Below are positions 10,748-19,852 of a stretch of 64,000 nucleotides of DNA, piece by piece. The translations under genes and the position numbers were made by a program. Where the stretch lies: positions 6,511 through 70,510 of the forward strand of contig JBBTUJ010000002.1 of assembly GCA_038063815.1 (NCBI GenBank). Direction: 5' to 3'. This DNA comes from Patescibacteria group bacterium (GTDB taxonomy: Bacteria > Patescibacteriota > Minisyncoccia > Phycocordibacterales > EsbW-18). The stretch's first letter is position 1. Every line of letters begins with the position of its first letter. The notes below the pieces were generated by a model that was given only the letters and a program-made list of their open reading frames with translations, searched no databases and was not told where the DNA came from.

Positions 10748-11083
10748 ATGGCGAAATCAAAATCAAAATCGAAATCAAAGAATACAAAAGAACGCATCGC
10801 ACCTCTGGGAGATCGCGTGCTTGTTCGACCCCTCTCACAAGAGGAAGGTATGAAGCGTCCCTCAGGTATCATCATTCCCGATACGATTGATAAGGAACGT
10901 CCGCAGGAAGGAGAAGTCATCGCTGTTGGTCCGGGAAAATATGATGACGGAAAACTTGTTCCACTGTATGTCAAAAAAGGTGACCGCGTCCTTTTCTCGA
11001 AGTATGGATACGACGAAGTGAAAATCGACGGTGTCGAGTATTTTATTTTAAAGGAAGAAAATATCCTTGCAGTTTTAAACTAA
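10748..11083 (+). CDS. groES: Co-chaperonin GroES
   Basis: [32 protein letters not shown]; directly upstream of groEL. Confidence 0.96.
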   Translation: MAKSKSKSKSKNTKERIAPLGDRVLVRPLSQEEGMKRPSGIIIPDTIDKERPQEGEVIAVGPGKYDDGKLVPLYVKKGDRVLFSKYGYDEVKIDGVEYFILKEENILAVLN

Positions 11084-11130
11084 CCCTAATCGCCAACTTC
11101 TAACCTCCAACATCTAACTCCTATTTCTAT

Positions 11131-12765
11131 ATGACAGCCAAAAAAATCCTTTATGAACGAGATGCGCGCGAAGCACTTGCGCGGGGTATTGAAAAAGTTG
11201 CACGAGCAGTAAAGGTCACACTTGGTCCCCGCGGACGCAACGTTGTTCTCCAAAAGAGTTACGGTGCGCCGACAATCACAAACGACGGCGTGTCGATCGC
11301 AAAAGAGATCGAACTTTCGGACAAATTTGAGAACATGGGCGCGGAGATTGTGAAAGAGGTCGCAGGAAGGACGAACGACAGCGCAGGAGATGGAACAACA
11401 ACAGCAACCGTTCTCATCGAGGCGTTGGTTTTGGAAGGGCTCAAACACACAAGTATGGGTGTGAATGCAATGGCGGTTCGTAGGGGTATGGAAAAAGCGT
11501 CAGAAGATGTTGTGGACGCACTTCGCCAATCTGCAAAACCGATCAAGAACAAGGAAGAAATCAGGCAGGTGGCAACTATTTCTGCCGAGTCAGACGAACT
11601 TGGGAAGATTATCGCAGAAACGATTGAGAAGGTTGGCAAAGATGGTGTTGTGACCGTCGAAGAAGCGCAGACATTTGGTGTTGAGTCAGAAGTCGTCGAA
11701 GGCCTTCAGTTCGATAAAGGATATGTGTCGCCCTACATGGTCACGAATGGAGAACGGATGGAAGCTGAATACCGCGACGTACCGGTCCTCGTGACAGACA
11801 AAAAGATCTCGACAGTGAAAGATATTCTACCTCTTTTGGAAGGTCTTGCGCAGGGAGGCACCAAAGAACTCGCTATTATCGCGGATGATGTCGACGGCGA
11901 AGCACTTGCGACATTTGTTGTGAATAAAATGCGTGGCGGATTCTCTGTCCTTGCCGTCAAAGCACCTGGATTCGGTGATCGAAAGAAAGAGATGCTTCAG
12001 GACATCGCAACACTTGTTGGTGCGACGGTTATCTCTGAAGAAACGGGAATAAAAATTGAGAGCGCGACAGTTGCGATGCTCGGAAAAGCGCGCCGTGTTG
12101 TTGCAACAAAAGATACGACAGTTATCGTCGGCGGAAAGGGAAAGAAGGCGGCGATTGATGAGCGCGTCGCACAACTCCGAACACAACTTGAAAACACAGA
12201 ATCAAAATACGATAAAGAAAAACTCCAGGAACGCATCGGAAAACTCTCTGGTGGTGTTGCGATCATTCGTGTTGGTGCGGCGACGGAAACAGAGATGAAA
12301 TATCTGAAGCTAAAGATTGAAGACGCAGTAAATGCGACAAAGGCAGCAATCGAGGAGGGGATCGTTGCTGGGGGAGGAAGCGCATTGGTAAAAGCCGCAG
12401 GAAAATTGGCAACTAAAAAAATGTCCGTGGAAGCAGAAGCAATTGGATATGCAATCGTTATCAAAGCACTCGAAGCACCACTTCGTCAGATTGCAGCAAA
12501 TGCCGGAAAGGACGACGGGCTCGTTATTGTTGACCAAGTTAAAAAGGGAGGAAAACATTCCGGATACGATGCGGCGAATGATGTGGTCGTGGAGGACATG
12601 CTTGCGGCGGGAATCGTTGATCCAGTGAAAGTGACTCGCACAGCAGTACAGAATGCTGTGTCCGCAGCCGCAATGCTTATAACAACGGAAGTTGCTGTTG
12701 CTGACGAACCAAAGGAAGAGAAGCCAGCAGGGGGTCACAGCCATGGTCCTGAAATGGACTACTAA
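11131..12765 (+). CDS. groEL: Chaperonin GroEL
   Basis: TLGPRGRNV, ITNDGVSIAKEI, AGDGTTTATVL, KAPGFGDR; tail is GGHSHGPEMDY rather than GGM repeats. Confidence 0.98.
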   Translation: MTAKKILYERDAREALARGIEKVARAVKVTLGPRGRNVVLQKSYGAPTITNDGVSIAKEIELSDKFENMGAEIVKEVAGRTNDSAGDGTTTATVLIEALVLEGLKHTSMGVNAMAVRRGMEKASEDVVDALRQSAKPIKNKEEIRQVATISAESDELGKIIAETIEKVGKDGVVTVEEAQTFGVESEVVEGLQFDKGYVSPYMVTNGERMEAEYRDVPVLVTDKKISTVKDILPLLEGLAQGGTKELAIIADDVDGEALATFVVNKMRGGFSVLAVKAPGFGDRKKEMLQDIATLVGATVISEETGIKIESATVAMLGKARRVVATKDTTVIVGGKGKKAAIDERVAQLRTQLENTESKYDKEKLQERIGKLSGGVAIIRVGAATETEMKYLKLKIEDAVNATKAAIEEGIVAGGGSALVKAAGKLATKKMSVEAEAIGYAIVIKALEAPLRQIAANAGKDDGLVIVDQVKKGGKHSGYDAANDVVVEDMLAAGIVDPVKVTRTAVQNAVSAAAMLITTEVAVADEPKEEKPAGGHSHGPEMDY

Positions 12766-12797
12766 AATAGGTTGCAGGGTATAGCTTTTTTGGGGAT

Positions 12798-12833
12798 AGA
12801 AAAACACAAGGCAGAGATGCCTTGTGTTTTTCT
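12798..12833. terminator. Hairpin after groEL, likely intrinsic terminator
   Basis: AGAAAAACACAAGGCA-GAGA-TGCCTTGTGTTTTTCT, perfect 16-bp stem. Confidence 0.8.
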
Positions 12834-12885
12834 GTTTCCGTTATATAATGTTCGTTAAACCAGTTGCTCTTTCCGGGGGGAAACA

Positions 12886-13023
12886 ATGCCACATGCCCAT
12901 ATTCCGCGTTACAACCGTGAGGACGAGCGGGAAGTAAGCTTCATCGCGGGGAAGTGGGCGGCAATAATCGCTCCACCCCTCACGGCCCTTCTTCTGCTTT
13001 GGGTTTGGTCCTGCACGCACTAG
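12886..13023 (+). CDS. 45-aa small membrane protein (not in ORF track)
   Basis: MPHAHIPRYNREDEREVSFIAGKWAAIIAPPLTALLLLWVWSCTH*; TATAAT at 12844, G-rich SD at 12875, downstream terminator. Confidence 0.6.
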   Translation: MPHAHIPRYNREDEREVSFIAGKWAAIIAPPLTALLLLWVWSCTH

Positions 13024-13046
13024 TGCGCAAGACCAAATCTACCGCC

Positions 13047-13074
13047 AGCCGCCTTCGGGCGGCTTTCGCTTTTA
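13047..13074 (+). terminator. Intrinsic terminator
   Basis: AGCCGCC-TTCG-GGCGGCT followed by TTCGCTTTT. Confidence 0.8.
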
Positions 13075-13145
13075 TGAGAAAATTCAAGTAAAATGTATCT
13101 ACGTTTTTCCTATAACCTACAACCTTAATCCTATAACCTATCCTT

Positions 13146-13703
13146 ATGACACCTCTCTATATCTTTCTTGCGATTCTTGTCTTGTTCATCCTGTGGCTGA
13201 TTGCAACGTATAACAAATTCATACGTCTGGGGGTGAGAACCACCGAAGCGTGGGCAGACATCGATGTTCAGTTAAAGCGCCGCTATGACCTCATTCCAAA
13301 TCTTGTTGAAACAGTAAAAGGATACGCGACGCACGAGAAAGAAGCATTTGAGAACGTGACTCGTGCACGTGCAGCGGCAATGGGCGCACAGACAGTCGAA
13401 GATCACACAAAGGCGGAGAATATGCTTGCAGGGGCACTCAAATCGCTTTTTGCTGTCGCAGAAGCATACCCTGATCTTAAGGCAAACCAGAACTTTCTTG
13501 AACTCCAACGCGAACTTTCTGACACGGAGAACAAGATCCAAGCGGCACGTCGGTTCTACAACTCAAATGTTCGCGATCTTAACACCGCGGTACAGACGTT
13601 CCCGAGCAATGTAATCGCAGGAATATTCAATGTGTCAAAACGAGAATTCTTCGATCTTGATGAGGTAGCCCTCGAGCGCGAGCCAGTGAAAGTCAGTTTC
13701 TAG
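13146..13703 (+). CDS. lemA: LemA family protein
   Basis: WADIDVQLKRRYDLIPNLVETVKGY, AEAYPDLKANQNF, ARRFYN. Confidence 0.95.
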   Translation: MTPLYIFLAILVLFILWLIATYNKFIRLGVRTTEAWADIDVQLKRRYDLIPNLVETVKGYATHEKEAFENVTRARAAAMGAQTVEDHTKAENMLAGALKSLFAVAEAYPDLKANQNFLELQRELSDTENKIQAARRFYNSNVRDLNTAVQTFPSNVIAGIFNVSKREFFDLDEVALEREPVKVSF

Positions 13704-13722
13704 TTTCGTTAGCTAGTTTTCT

Positions 13723-14196
13723 ATGGCAAACATCGTCTCCACACCAGAGTTGCATCGAATAGTCCCTTCGGTGGCAATTTACCGTGACGATGGTCGTTTT
13801 CTTATCATCAAGCGTGCGTCGAATCTCAAGGTGCATCCAGGTAAGTGGTCAATACCGGGCGGTGGTATGAGTTCCGAAGAGTATACCAACACACCAGTAA
13901 CGTATGGTGATAACGGCTGGTATCTCCCTGTTCATGAGGCATTGAAACGGGAAGTACGTGAAGAAGTTGGTCTTGAAATAGGAGAGCCAAAATATCTCCA
14001 CCACTATACTTTTGTTCGGCCAGATGGCGTGCCTGTTCTGGGGATGGTGTTTTATGCACCACATGTTTCAGGTGATGTCGTTTTGGATGAGGACGCTTCT
14101 GACTTTACATGGATTCTCCCCGAAGAGTTAAGCAACTACGACTGCATTGCAAGCATCCATCGAGAAATAGCTGCTGCCTCCGAACTTCTTAAGTAA
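13723..14196 (+). CDS. NUDIX hydrolase
   Basis: GKWSIPGG...ALKREVREEVGL Nudix box. Confidence 0.88.
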   Translation: MANIVSTPELHRIVPSVAIYRDDGRFLIIKRASNLKVHPGKWSIPGGGMSSEEYTNTPVTYGDNGWYLPVHEALKREVREEVGLEIGEPKYLHHYTFVRPDGVPVLGMVFYAPHVSGDVVLDEDASDFTWILPEELSNYDCIASIHREIAAASELLK

Positions 14197-14197
14197 T

Positions 14198-14377
14198 ATG
14201 CCAACGATTCACTCCCACGGAAATACAAATGTAAGCAAAATCTGGTTCGTCGTTGTGTTTGCTTTTGTGGTCTTACTTGGCATTTCGTGGAAGGTGTATG
14301 CAAGTCTTGAAGAAATTGCGCTTCACACGAACCACATGACAGACGATCTTCGGGACCTTATGGATGATCCACACTGA
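14198..14377 (+). CDS. 59-aa membrane protein resembling the HtpX N-terminus (not in ORF track)
   Basis: MPTIHSHGNTNVSKIWFVVVFAFVVLLGISWKVYASLEEIALHTNHMTDDLRDLMDDPH*; fills the NUDIX-htpX gap with 1-nt spacers on both sides. Confidence 0.7.
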   Translation: MPTIHSHGNTNVSKIWFVVVFAFVVLLGISWKVYASLEEIALHTNHMTDDLRDLMDDPH

Positions 14378-14378
14378 A

Positions 14379-15260
14379 ATGGCAACACTCTACACACATC
14401 AAAGCAGTAATGTCGCAAAAACATGGACGCTGATGGCGCTCTTTTTTGCCGGCGTCATTTTTTTGGGATGGGGTGTGAGCTATCTCTACGAAGCACCCGA
14501 AATTCTTTTTATCGCTGTTTTTGTGAGCATCTTCATGAATATTGCGGCGTATTGGTTTTCCGACAAGATTGCACTTTCTGTATCGCGTGCTCGACCAGCA
14601 TCTCGGGAAGAGTTTTTTGACCTCTACACTGTCACAGAGAACCTCGCGATTACCGCTGGGCTTCCCATGCCCCGTATTTACGTGATTGACGATTCTGCGC
14701 CAAATGCGTTTGCGACGGGGCGCAACAAAGAACATGCTGTTGTTGCCGTCACAAAAGGGCTTTTGGAGCGTCTCGATCGCACAGAGCTCGAGGGGGTTAT
14801 TGCGCACGAACTCTCTCACGTCGGGAACCGAGATATCTTACTTTCAACCATCGTCGTCGTTCTTGCTGGGTTTGTGAGTTTGCTCGCTGACTTTTTCTTG
14901 CGGACACACACGTTTGCAGGAAATCGGGATAACAATAAAGCAGGAGGAATCCTTATGCTTATCGGGATTGTTCTCGCGATACTTGCACCAATCGCGGCAA
15001 CGCTCATGCGCCTTGCTATCTCACGGAAGAGGGAATTCCTTGCGGATGCGTCAGGTGCGCTTCTCACACGCTACCCTGAAGGTCTTGCGAGTGCTCTTCA
15101 AAAGATCTCCGCCTATGGCGCGCCCATGAAGCATGCACACAACGCAACGGCACATCTCTTCATTTCAAATCCATTTGGTTCTACTGCAAAAGGATTAAGT
15201 AAGTTATTCATGACCCACCCTCCCGTTGAAGAGCGGATACGGGCCTTACGAGGACAATAA
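14379..15260 (+). CDS. htpX: Zinc metalloprotease HtpX (M48)
   Basis: PNAFATG, HELSH (HExxH), SRKREFLAD, THPP; near lemA. Confidence 0.95.
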   Translation: MATLYTHQSSNVAKTWTLMALFFAGVIFLGWGVSYLYEAPEILFIAVFVSIFMNIAAYWFSDKIALSVSRARPASREEFFDLYTVTENLAITAGLPMPRIYVIDDSAPNAFATGRNKEHAVVAVTKGLLERLDRTELEGVIAHELSHVGNRDILLSTIVVVLAGFVSLLADFFLRTHTFAGNRDNNKAGGILMLIGIVLAILAPIAATLMRLAISRKREFLADASGALLTRYPEGLASALQKISAYGAPMKHAHNATAHLFISNPFGSTAKGLSKLFMTHPPVEERIRALRGQ

Positions 15261-15262
15261 TC

Positions 15263-15694
15263 ATGACCAAAGACCCGTTATTTGTTTTTAATTCTTGGGC
15301 AGGCGCATCTCTTCTTGATGGGTGGACACTCATCCACTTTCTCGGATGGGCAGCGTTTGGATATGTGTGCAGGATTTTTGGTGTTTCACTTGTGGCAACG
15401 TGCATTATCGGTATTTGTATCGTGGTCGGATGGAAAGTATATGAAAAAGTTGCAAAGATTGATGAGCCATGGACCAACACTATTGTTGACATAGTAATCG
15501 GAATTTCTGCCGTGATTCTGGCCTATGTCCTCATGCCAACGGCCTCTTTTCGAACAGAGATTTCAATTGCACTATTGCTTGCCGTTCTGACATTCGCGCT
15601 TAACGTGTGGGCATGGATTTCATGGAACGGTCTCCCTGGTAGTACAAAGTCGACCCATGACACAAATATCTCAACAAACGAAGAAGGTTCATGA
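15263..15694 (+). CDS. Hypothetical 4-TM membrane protein (paralog of next gene)
   Basis: DGWTLIHFLG...WKVYE...EPWTNTIVDIVIG. Confidence 0.75.
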   Translation: MTKDPLFVFNSWAGASLLDGWTLIHFLGWAAFGYVCRIFGVSLVATCIIGICIVVGWKVYEKVAKIDEPWTNTIVDIVIGISAVILAYVLMPTASFRTEISIALLLAVLTFALNVWAWISWNGLPGSTKSTHDTNISTNEEGS

Positions 15695-16095
15695 GAAAAA
15701 TCAAACTTATCGCACCCGACCCAATTCCGCTGATTTCTCTTACATGGAGTGAAGGGCGTATTTTTGATCTCTGGATGATTGTACACACGCTCTCGGGCAT
15801 GGCACTTGCATGCGGGATCTGGCTTTTGCCACTACCCACCACTTTTGATTACCCACTTGTATTGGTTCTTTTGATAGCGTGGGAGATATACGAAATAGCC
15901 GCAGGGCTCACCGAAGAGGTTGAAAACCTAACACTCGATATTGTTTTTGGATTGATTGGATTTTCATTTGTGTACGAAAAAATGCTCACCGATGCAAGCA
16001 CTGGCTACGCATGGGCAATCGGTGTCGCGTTTTTAGCGTGCAACGCACTCCTCAATTTTCTCGGTTGGAGGGCGTATAGGAAGAGGGGAAAATAA
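15691..16095 (+). CDS. Hypothetical 4-TM membrane protein
   Basis: DLWMIVHTLSG...WEIYE...EEVENLTLDIVFG; ATGA overlap with previous gene. Confidence 0.75.
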   Translation: MRKIKLIAPDPIPLISLTWSEGRIFDLWMIVHTLSGMALACGIWLLPLPTTFDYPLVLVLLIAWEIYEIAAGLTEEVENLTLDIVFGLIGFSFVYEKMLTDASTGYAWAIGVAFLACNALLNFLGWRAYRKRGK

Positions 16096-16150
16096 ACGGG
16101 TTACAGTTTTTAACGTATGGGCTAACACCCCGGTGCTATACTACTGCCAT

Positions 16151-16969
16151 ATGGAAGGCCTTAAAAAGAGTGCATATTTGGGAGTGATAAAGGAACTCAA
16201 GGGCGAGATCGAAAATGGAGGATTTCAGTCCGTGGGGAAAAGAGTTTTGGAAGAGTCAAAAATAAAGCCTGTATATACACTAGAGAAAGAAGACCCTCTC
16301 CTCTGCGACGAAAATAGACAAAAATTGAATACCGAGGCAGGTGTCGTTATCGCTAATCATCCAGGATACTTTGACACTTTTTTCATTCTGAACACTCTTA
16401 AGAGAAAGGATGTGAAAATCGTAGTAAGCGGATCCAACTACGAAACGTTTGGCCGTGCTATCGGTGAAGAGTTCCTAATCAAGGCAACACGTGACCCGTC
16501 CGAAGTAGTATCATTCCTACGTTCGATTAAAGATCACATAGAAAGTGGAGGACTCGTTCTTATATATCCAACAGGCGGGGGCCATGATAATGATAAGAAT
16601 CCTCCATTCGAAAATGGATTTTCAGTCATTCTTAAGAGATGTTTGAAACCCACCGATATGGTGTATTCATTTTATATCGATCCAGAAGACTTCGGACCTT
16701 TGGTTGACGAAAAAATCTCAAGGCTTTCGGGGATAGTGTCGGCCGTTACCGTTCACCCGTCCTTTAATGTGAACAGACTAAAAGAAGAGGCAGAAGTAAG
16801 GGTACATGAGCGATATTCAACCGCAGAAGAGTGGCAAGAAGTTTTAGACAGCTCGAATAAAAAAGAAAAGAACCAAAAACTAACAGAACATTTTCTGGGT
16901 AGTTTTCAGGACAAACCTGACACTGAACCTGGGGCGGAGGGTGAGGGATTCGAACCCTCGGTGGTATAA
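16151..16969 (+). CDS. PlsC-like lysophospholipid acyltransferase-family protein
   Basis: ANHPGYFD (HxxxxD) and LIYPTGG (FPEG-like); 3' end overlaps tRNA-Ser antisense. Confidence 0.6.
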   Translation: MEGLKKSAYLGVIKELKGEIENGGFQSVGKRVLEESKIKPVYTLEKEDPLLCDENRQKLNTEAGVVIANHPGYFDTFFILNTLKRKDVKIVVSGSNYETFGRAIGEEFLIKATRDPSEVVSFLRSIKDHIESGGLVLIYPTGGGHDNDKNPPFENGFSVILKRCLKPTDMVYSFYIDPEDFGPLVDEKISRLSGIVSAVTVHPSFNVNRLKEEAEVRVHERYSTAEEWQEVLDSSNKKEKNQKLTEHFLGSFQDKPDTEPGAEGEGFEPSVV

Positions 16970-17019
16970 CCCACACACGCTTTCCAAGCGTGCGCACTAG
17001 ACCGCTATGCGAACCCTCC
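16935..17019 (-). tRNA. tRNA-Ser(GGA)
   Basis: Acceptor GGAGGGT/ACCCTCC, anticodon arm CACGC-TTGGAAA-GCGTG, long variable arm, GGTTCGAATCC, G73. Confidence 0.95.
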
Positions 17020-17052
17020 AAAGGTAAAAGACGGCTTTTTATAGCATGGATT

Positions 17053-17940
17053 CTATGCTTTCAGAAATGTCATGACTTTTTTCTCAATCCTACCCATTTC
17101 TTTTGGATTGAACCATACAATATCTTTATTCTTCTTAAACCATGTCATCTGTCGGCGTGAGTACTGCCAGATTGCTGTTGCAAGCTGTTCGAGGAATTCG
17201 CTTTTTGTGTTTCTTTTTTCAAGCAAGTCCGCAAGGAAGCGATATTCGAGGCCAAGCTCGCGCATGCGTTTGTATGAAAGACCGCGCGCGTGGAGCGTTC
17301 GGGCCTCCGCAACCATACCCTGCTTCATGCGCAGGGCTATGCGTTGTTTGATTTTTAGCCGGAGCTTGTCGGGTGAGAGCATGAGGCCGATATATAAAAC
17401 GTCATCGCGTTTCTGCGTGCTTGATCTCGGCACTTTACCCAATACCTCAATAATCTCTAGTGCACGAATGAGTCGGCGCGGGTTTTTGGAATCAATGGTT
17501 TTGGCACGGGCTGGATCTTTCTTTTTGAGCATCGCAAAGAGCTGTGCGGCGCTTTTCTTTCCAAGTTTTTTGCGAAGCGCGTGGTTTGGCGGCACAGCAG
17601 GGAAGGTGGTGTCTTTTGTAATGGCATCAATATAGAGCCCGGTGCCGCCAACAATAATTGGCACGTGTTTATTCTTATATATCGAACGAATAACTTTCTC
17701 TGCGTGTTTTTGGTAATCAGAAACGGAGAATTGTTTCTTTGGATTTGCGATATCAAGTAGGTGGTGGTGGACACCGTGCATTTCGCGCTTGGGGATTTTA
17801 CCGGTTCCAATATCAAGTCCCGTATACACTTGCCGTGAGTCGGCAGAAATTATTTCTCCGCCGAACTTTTTTGCAAGACATACACCCACATCGCTTTTTC
17901 CTGTTGCGGTAGGGCCAAGGATGACGATTCTCTTATTCAT
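17053..17940 (-). CDS. miaA: tRNA dimethylallyltransferase MiaA
   Basis: GPTATGKS, ISADSRQVY, DIGTGK, VGGTGLY, RRQMTWF. Confidence 0.96.
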   Translation of the reverse strand: MNKRIVILGPTATGKSDVGVCLAKKFGGEIISADSRQVYTGLDIGTGKIPKREMHGVHHHLLDIANPKKQFSVSDYQKHAEKVIRSIYKNKHVPIIVGGTGLYIDAITKDTTFPAVPPNHALRKKLGKKSAAQLFAMLKKKDPARAKTIDSKNPRRLIRALEIIEVLGKVPRSSTQKRDDVLYIGLMLSPDKLRLKIKQRIALRMKQGMVAEARTLHARGLSYKRMRELGLEYRFLADLLEKRNTKSEFLEQLATAIWQYSRRQMTWFKKNKDIVWFNPKEMGRIEKKVMTFLKA

Positions 17941-18692
17941 ATGAATAAGAGATCAAAAAGAGCGACGATGTCTGTCACATAAAGAACCAAAAGATACTTT
18001 CGGTTTTTTCTCCAAGATGCATTTTCTTTTAAGGATTCTCTAAACTTTCCTGGAATTCTTCCTCGTACAATCTTTTTATAAAATTCCGAAACGATTCGTT
18101 CTAGCCCACCGACTCCAAGGAGGAAAAAGAGCCCCGGAGTGTTTGGAAAAAGAAACACCAAAAGAAGTCCCGACAGCAGAGCAATAACTGGGCTACGCAA
18201 AAACTTTATTGGCTGAAACCCCTCGTACGGAGCATCTTTCATTGCTCCACCGATAGCAACACAAAGACCAACCAAAAGACCAGCGACAATTCCCGAAACA
18301 GTGACCGCTACGTTCCAAAGGACAAAAAATAGAACTAGAACTAAGAATAAAAATACTATTCGACGTGTCAATACATTACACCGAATTCCCAAATCTGATG
18401 GAATTTTGTATTTGCTCTGATCCTCGAGACGCCATAACGCTTTATACATTTCTGTCAAAAGCCGCTCGATTGCGATTGCAGAGAGTGCCACTAATAGGAG
18501 TGGCAAGGAATCATTTAAAAGGTAGAAGAAACAACCTGCCACAAGGCCAAAGACAAGTGAACGAAAAACCTTCTTAACATCAAAGTTTTCTACGAGAAGG
18601 TCGCCATAGAGACCCCACAGAATCATATTACTGACTCCGAGGAAGCTCGAAAAAAGATATAAGACGAGAGCTGAACTATAAATAGGATCCAT
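17937..18692 (-). CDS. Hypothetical polytopic membrane protein with internal duplication
   Basis: Start MDPIY at 18692; two repeats, GLYGDLLVENFDVKKVFRS..ERLLTEMYK and GAMKDAPYEGFQPIKFLRS..ERIVSEFYK. Confidence 0.8.
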   Translation of the reverse strand: MDPIYSSALVLYLFSSFLGVSNMILWGLYGDLLVENFDVKKVFRSLVFGLVAGCFFYLLNDSLPLLLVALSAIAIERLLTEMYKALWRLEDQSKYKIPSDLGIRCNVLTRRIVFLFLVLVLFFVLWNVAVTVSGIVAGLLVGLCVAIGGAMKDAPYEGFQPIKFLRSPVIALLSGLLLVFLFPNTPGLFFLLGVGGLERIVSEFYKKIVRGRIPGKFRESLKENASWRKNRKYLLVLYVTDIVALFDLLFI

Positions 18693-18698
18693 GCTATC

Positions 18699-18782
18699 TG
18701 GTGCCGGGGGAGGGACTCGAACCCTCATCCCTTGCGAGACACGATTTTGAGTCGTGCGCGTATACCATTCCGCCACCCCGGC
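18699..18782 (-). tRNA. tRNA-Leu(CAA)
   Basis: GCCGGGG/CCCCGGC acceptor, CACGA-CTCAAAA-TCGTG anticodon arm, variable arm, encoded CCA. Confidence 0.96.
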
Positions 18783-18880
18783 ATATATGGCAGTGTAGAC
18801 GATTTTTTTGTCCCAATCAATTTTATTTTTATGATACGATATGTTTGTCGTCAGTTGTCGGTCGTTGGTTACATAGGTAT

Positions 18881-19852
18881 ATGGCATTCAAAAATAATTC
18901 AATTTTCTGGGTCGAAGTCGAAAAGGTTGTACCAAATCCGTATCAACCACGACGTTTTTTTGACGAAGGTAAACTCAAGGAGCTTTCTGAATCAATTCGA
19001 CAGTACGGAGTACTTCAACCGCTGGTTGTAACACAACGTGAACATTCACGAGAAGACGGCGGACTGTCTGTACAGTATGAACTCATTGCCGGCGAGCGAC
19101 GATTGCGCGCGTCCAAAATGGCAGGGCTTACGCATATACCCGTAATGATTCGTGACGAGGAACAAAGCGAACAGATTAAACTCGAGATTGCCATCATTGA
19201 GAACCTCCAGCGTGAAGATATTAATGCTATCGAGCGCGCGAAAGCATTTAGCCAACTTGCCGAACAGTTCAAGCTCTCGCACGGAGATATTGCGAAAAAA
19301 GTCGGTCGAAGCCGCGAATATGTTTCAAACACAATCCGCCTCCTCATGCTTACCGCAGAAATGCAGCAAGCACTTGCGGAAGGGAAGATTACCGAAGGGC
19401 ACACGCGGCCACTTCTTATGCTTGTTGATCGACCGGAGGAGCAGCAAACTCTCTACAGAGAAATCATCCTGAAAAAGATCACCGTGCGTGATGCGGAGCA
19501 GATTTCGCGCAGAATCGCAACGGACAAGGTTAGGAAACGCGAACGGATGTATGATCCAGATATTGTCGAGCTCGAGAACCAGGTCTCAGAAGTGCTGGGC
19601 ACGCGTGTTCGTGTTGAACCAACCGGGGTTGGCGGACGAATTCTCATCGATTTCTTCTCACAAGACGATGTGCGCAAGATTCTCCATCTTTTGAACGGCG
19701 AAGAAAAGAATGGCGTTCTCACGACAACAGAAAATTCTACCGAAGCGGAGATCTCTCCTAAAGAAAATAGTGAAGATACCTTACCTGACCAGCAGGCAGG
19801 GAAGTCAGATGCTGACGATGACCTTTACGCGGTGACAAACTTCAGCGTTTAG
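18881..19852 (+). CDS. parB: ParB/Spo0J partition protein
   Basis: PNPYQPRR, GVLQPLVV, LIAGERRLRA, IENLQRED, HTH; start at ATG 18881. Confidence 0.95.
   Translation: MAFKNNSIFWVEVEKVVPNPYQPRRFFDEGKLKELSESIRQYGVLQPLVVTQREHSREDGGLSVQYELIAGERRLRASKMAGLTHIPVMIRDEEQSEQIKLEIAIIENLQREDINAIERAKAFSQLAEQFKLSHGDIAKKVGRSREYVSNTIRLLMLTAEMQQALAEGKITEGHTRPLLMLVDRPEEQQTLYREIILKKITVRDAEQISRRIATDKVRKRERMYDPDIVELENQVSEVLGTRVRVEPTGVGGRILIDFFSQDDVRKILHLLNGEEKNGVLTTTENSTEAEISPKENSEDTLPDQQAGKSDADDDLYAVTNFSV

Noticed and set aside
16764-17021. 85-aa minus-strand ORF
   Set aside because: Translation of tRNA-Ser plus antisense of the acyltransferase-like gene
18693-18887. N-terminal extensions of ORFs 17937-18887(-) and 18701-19852(+)
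   Set aside because: Both run through tRNA-Leu; the real starts are 18692 and 18881
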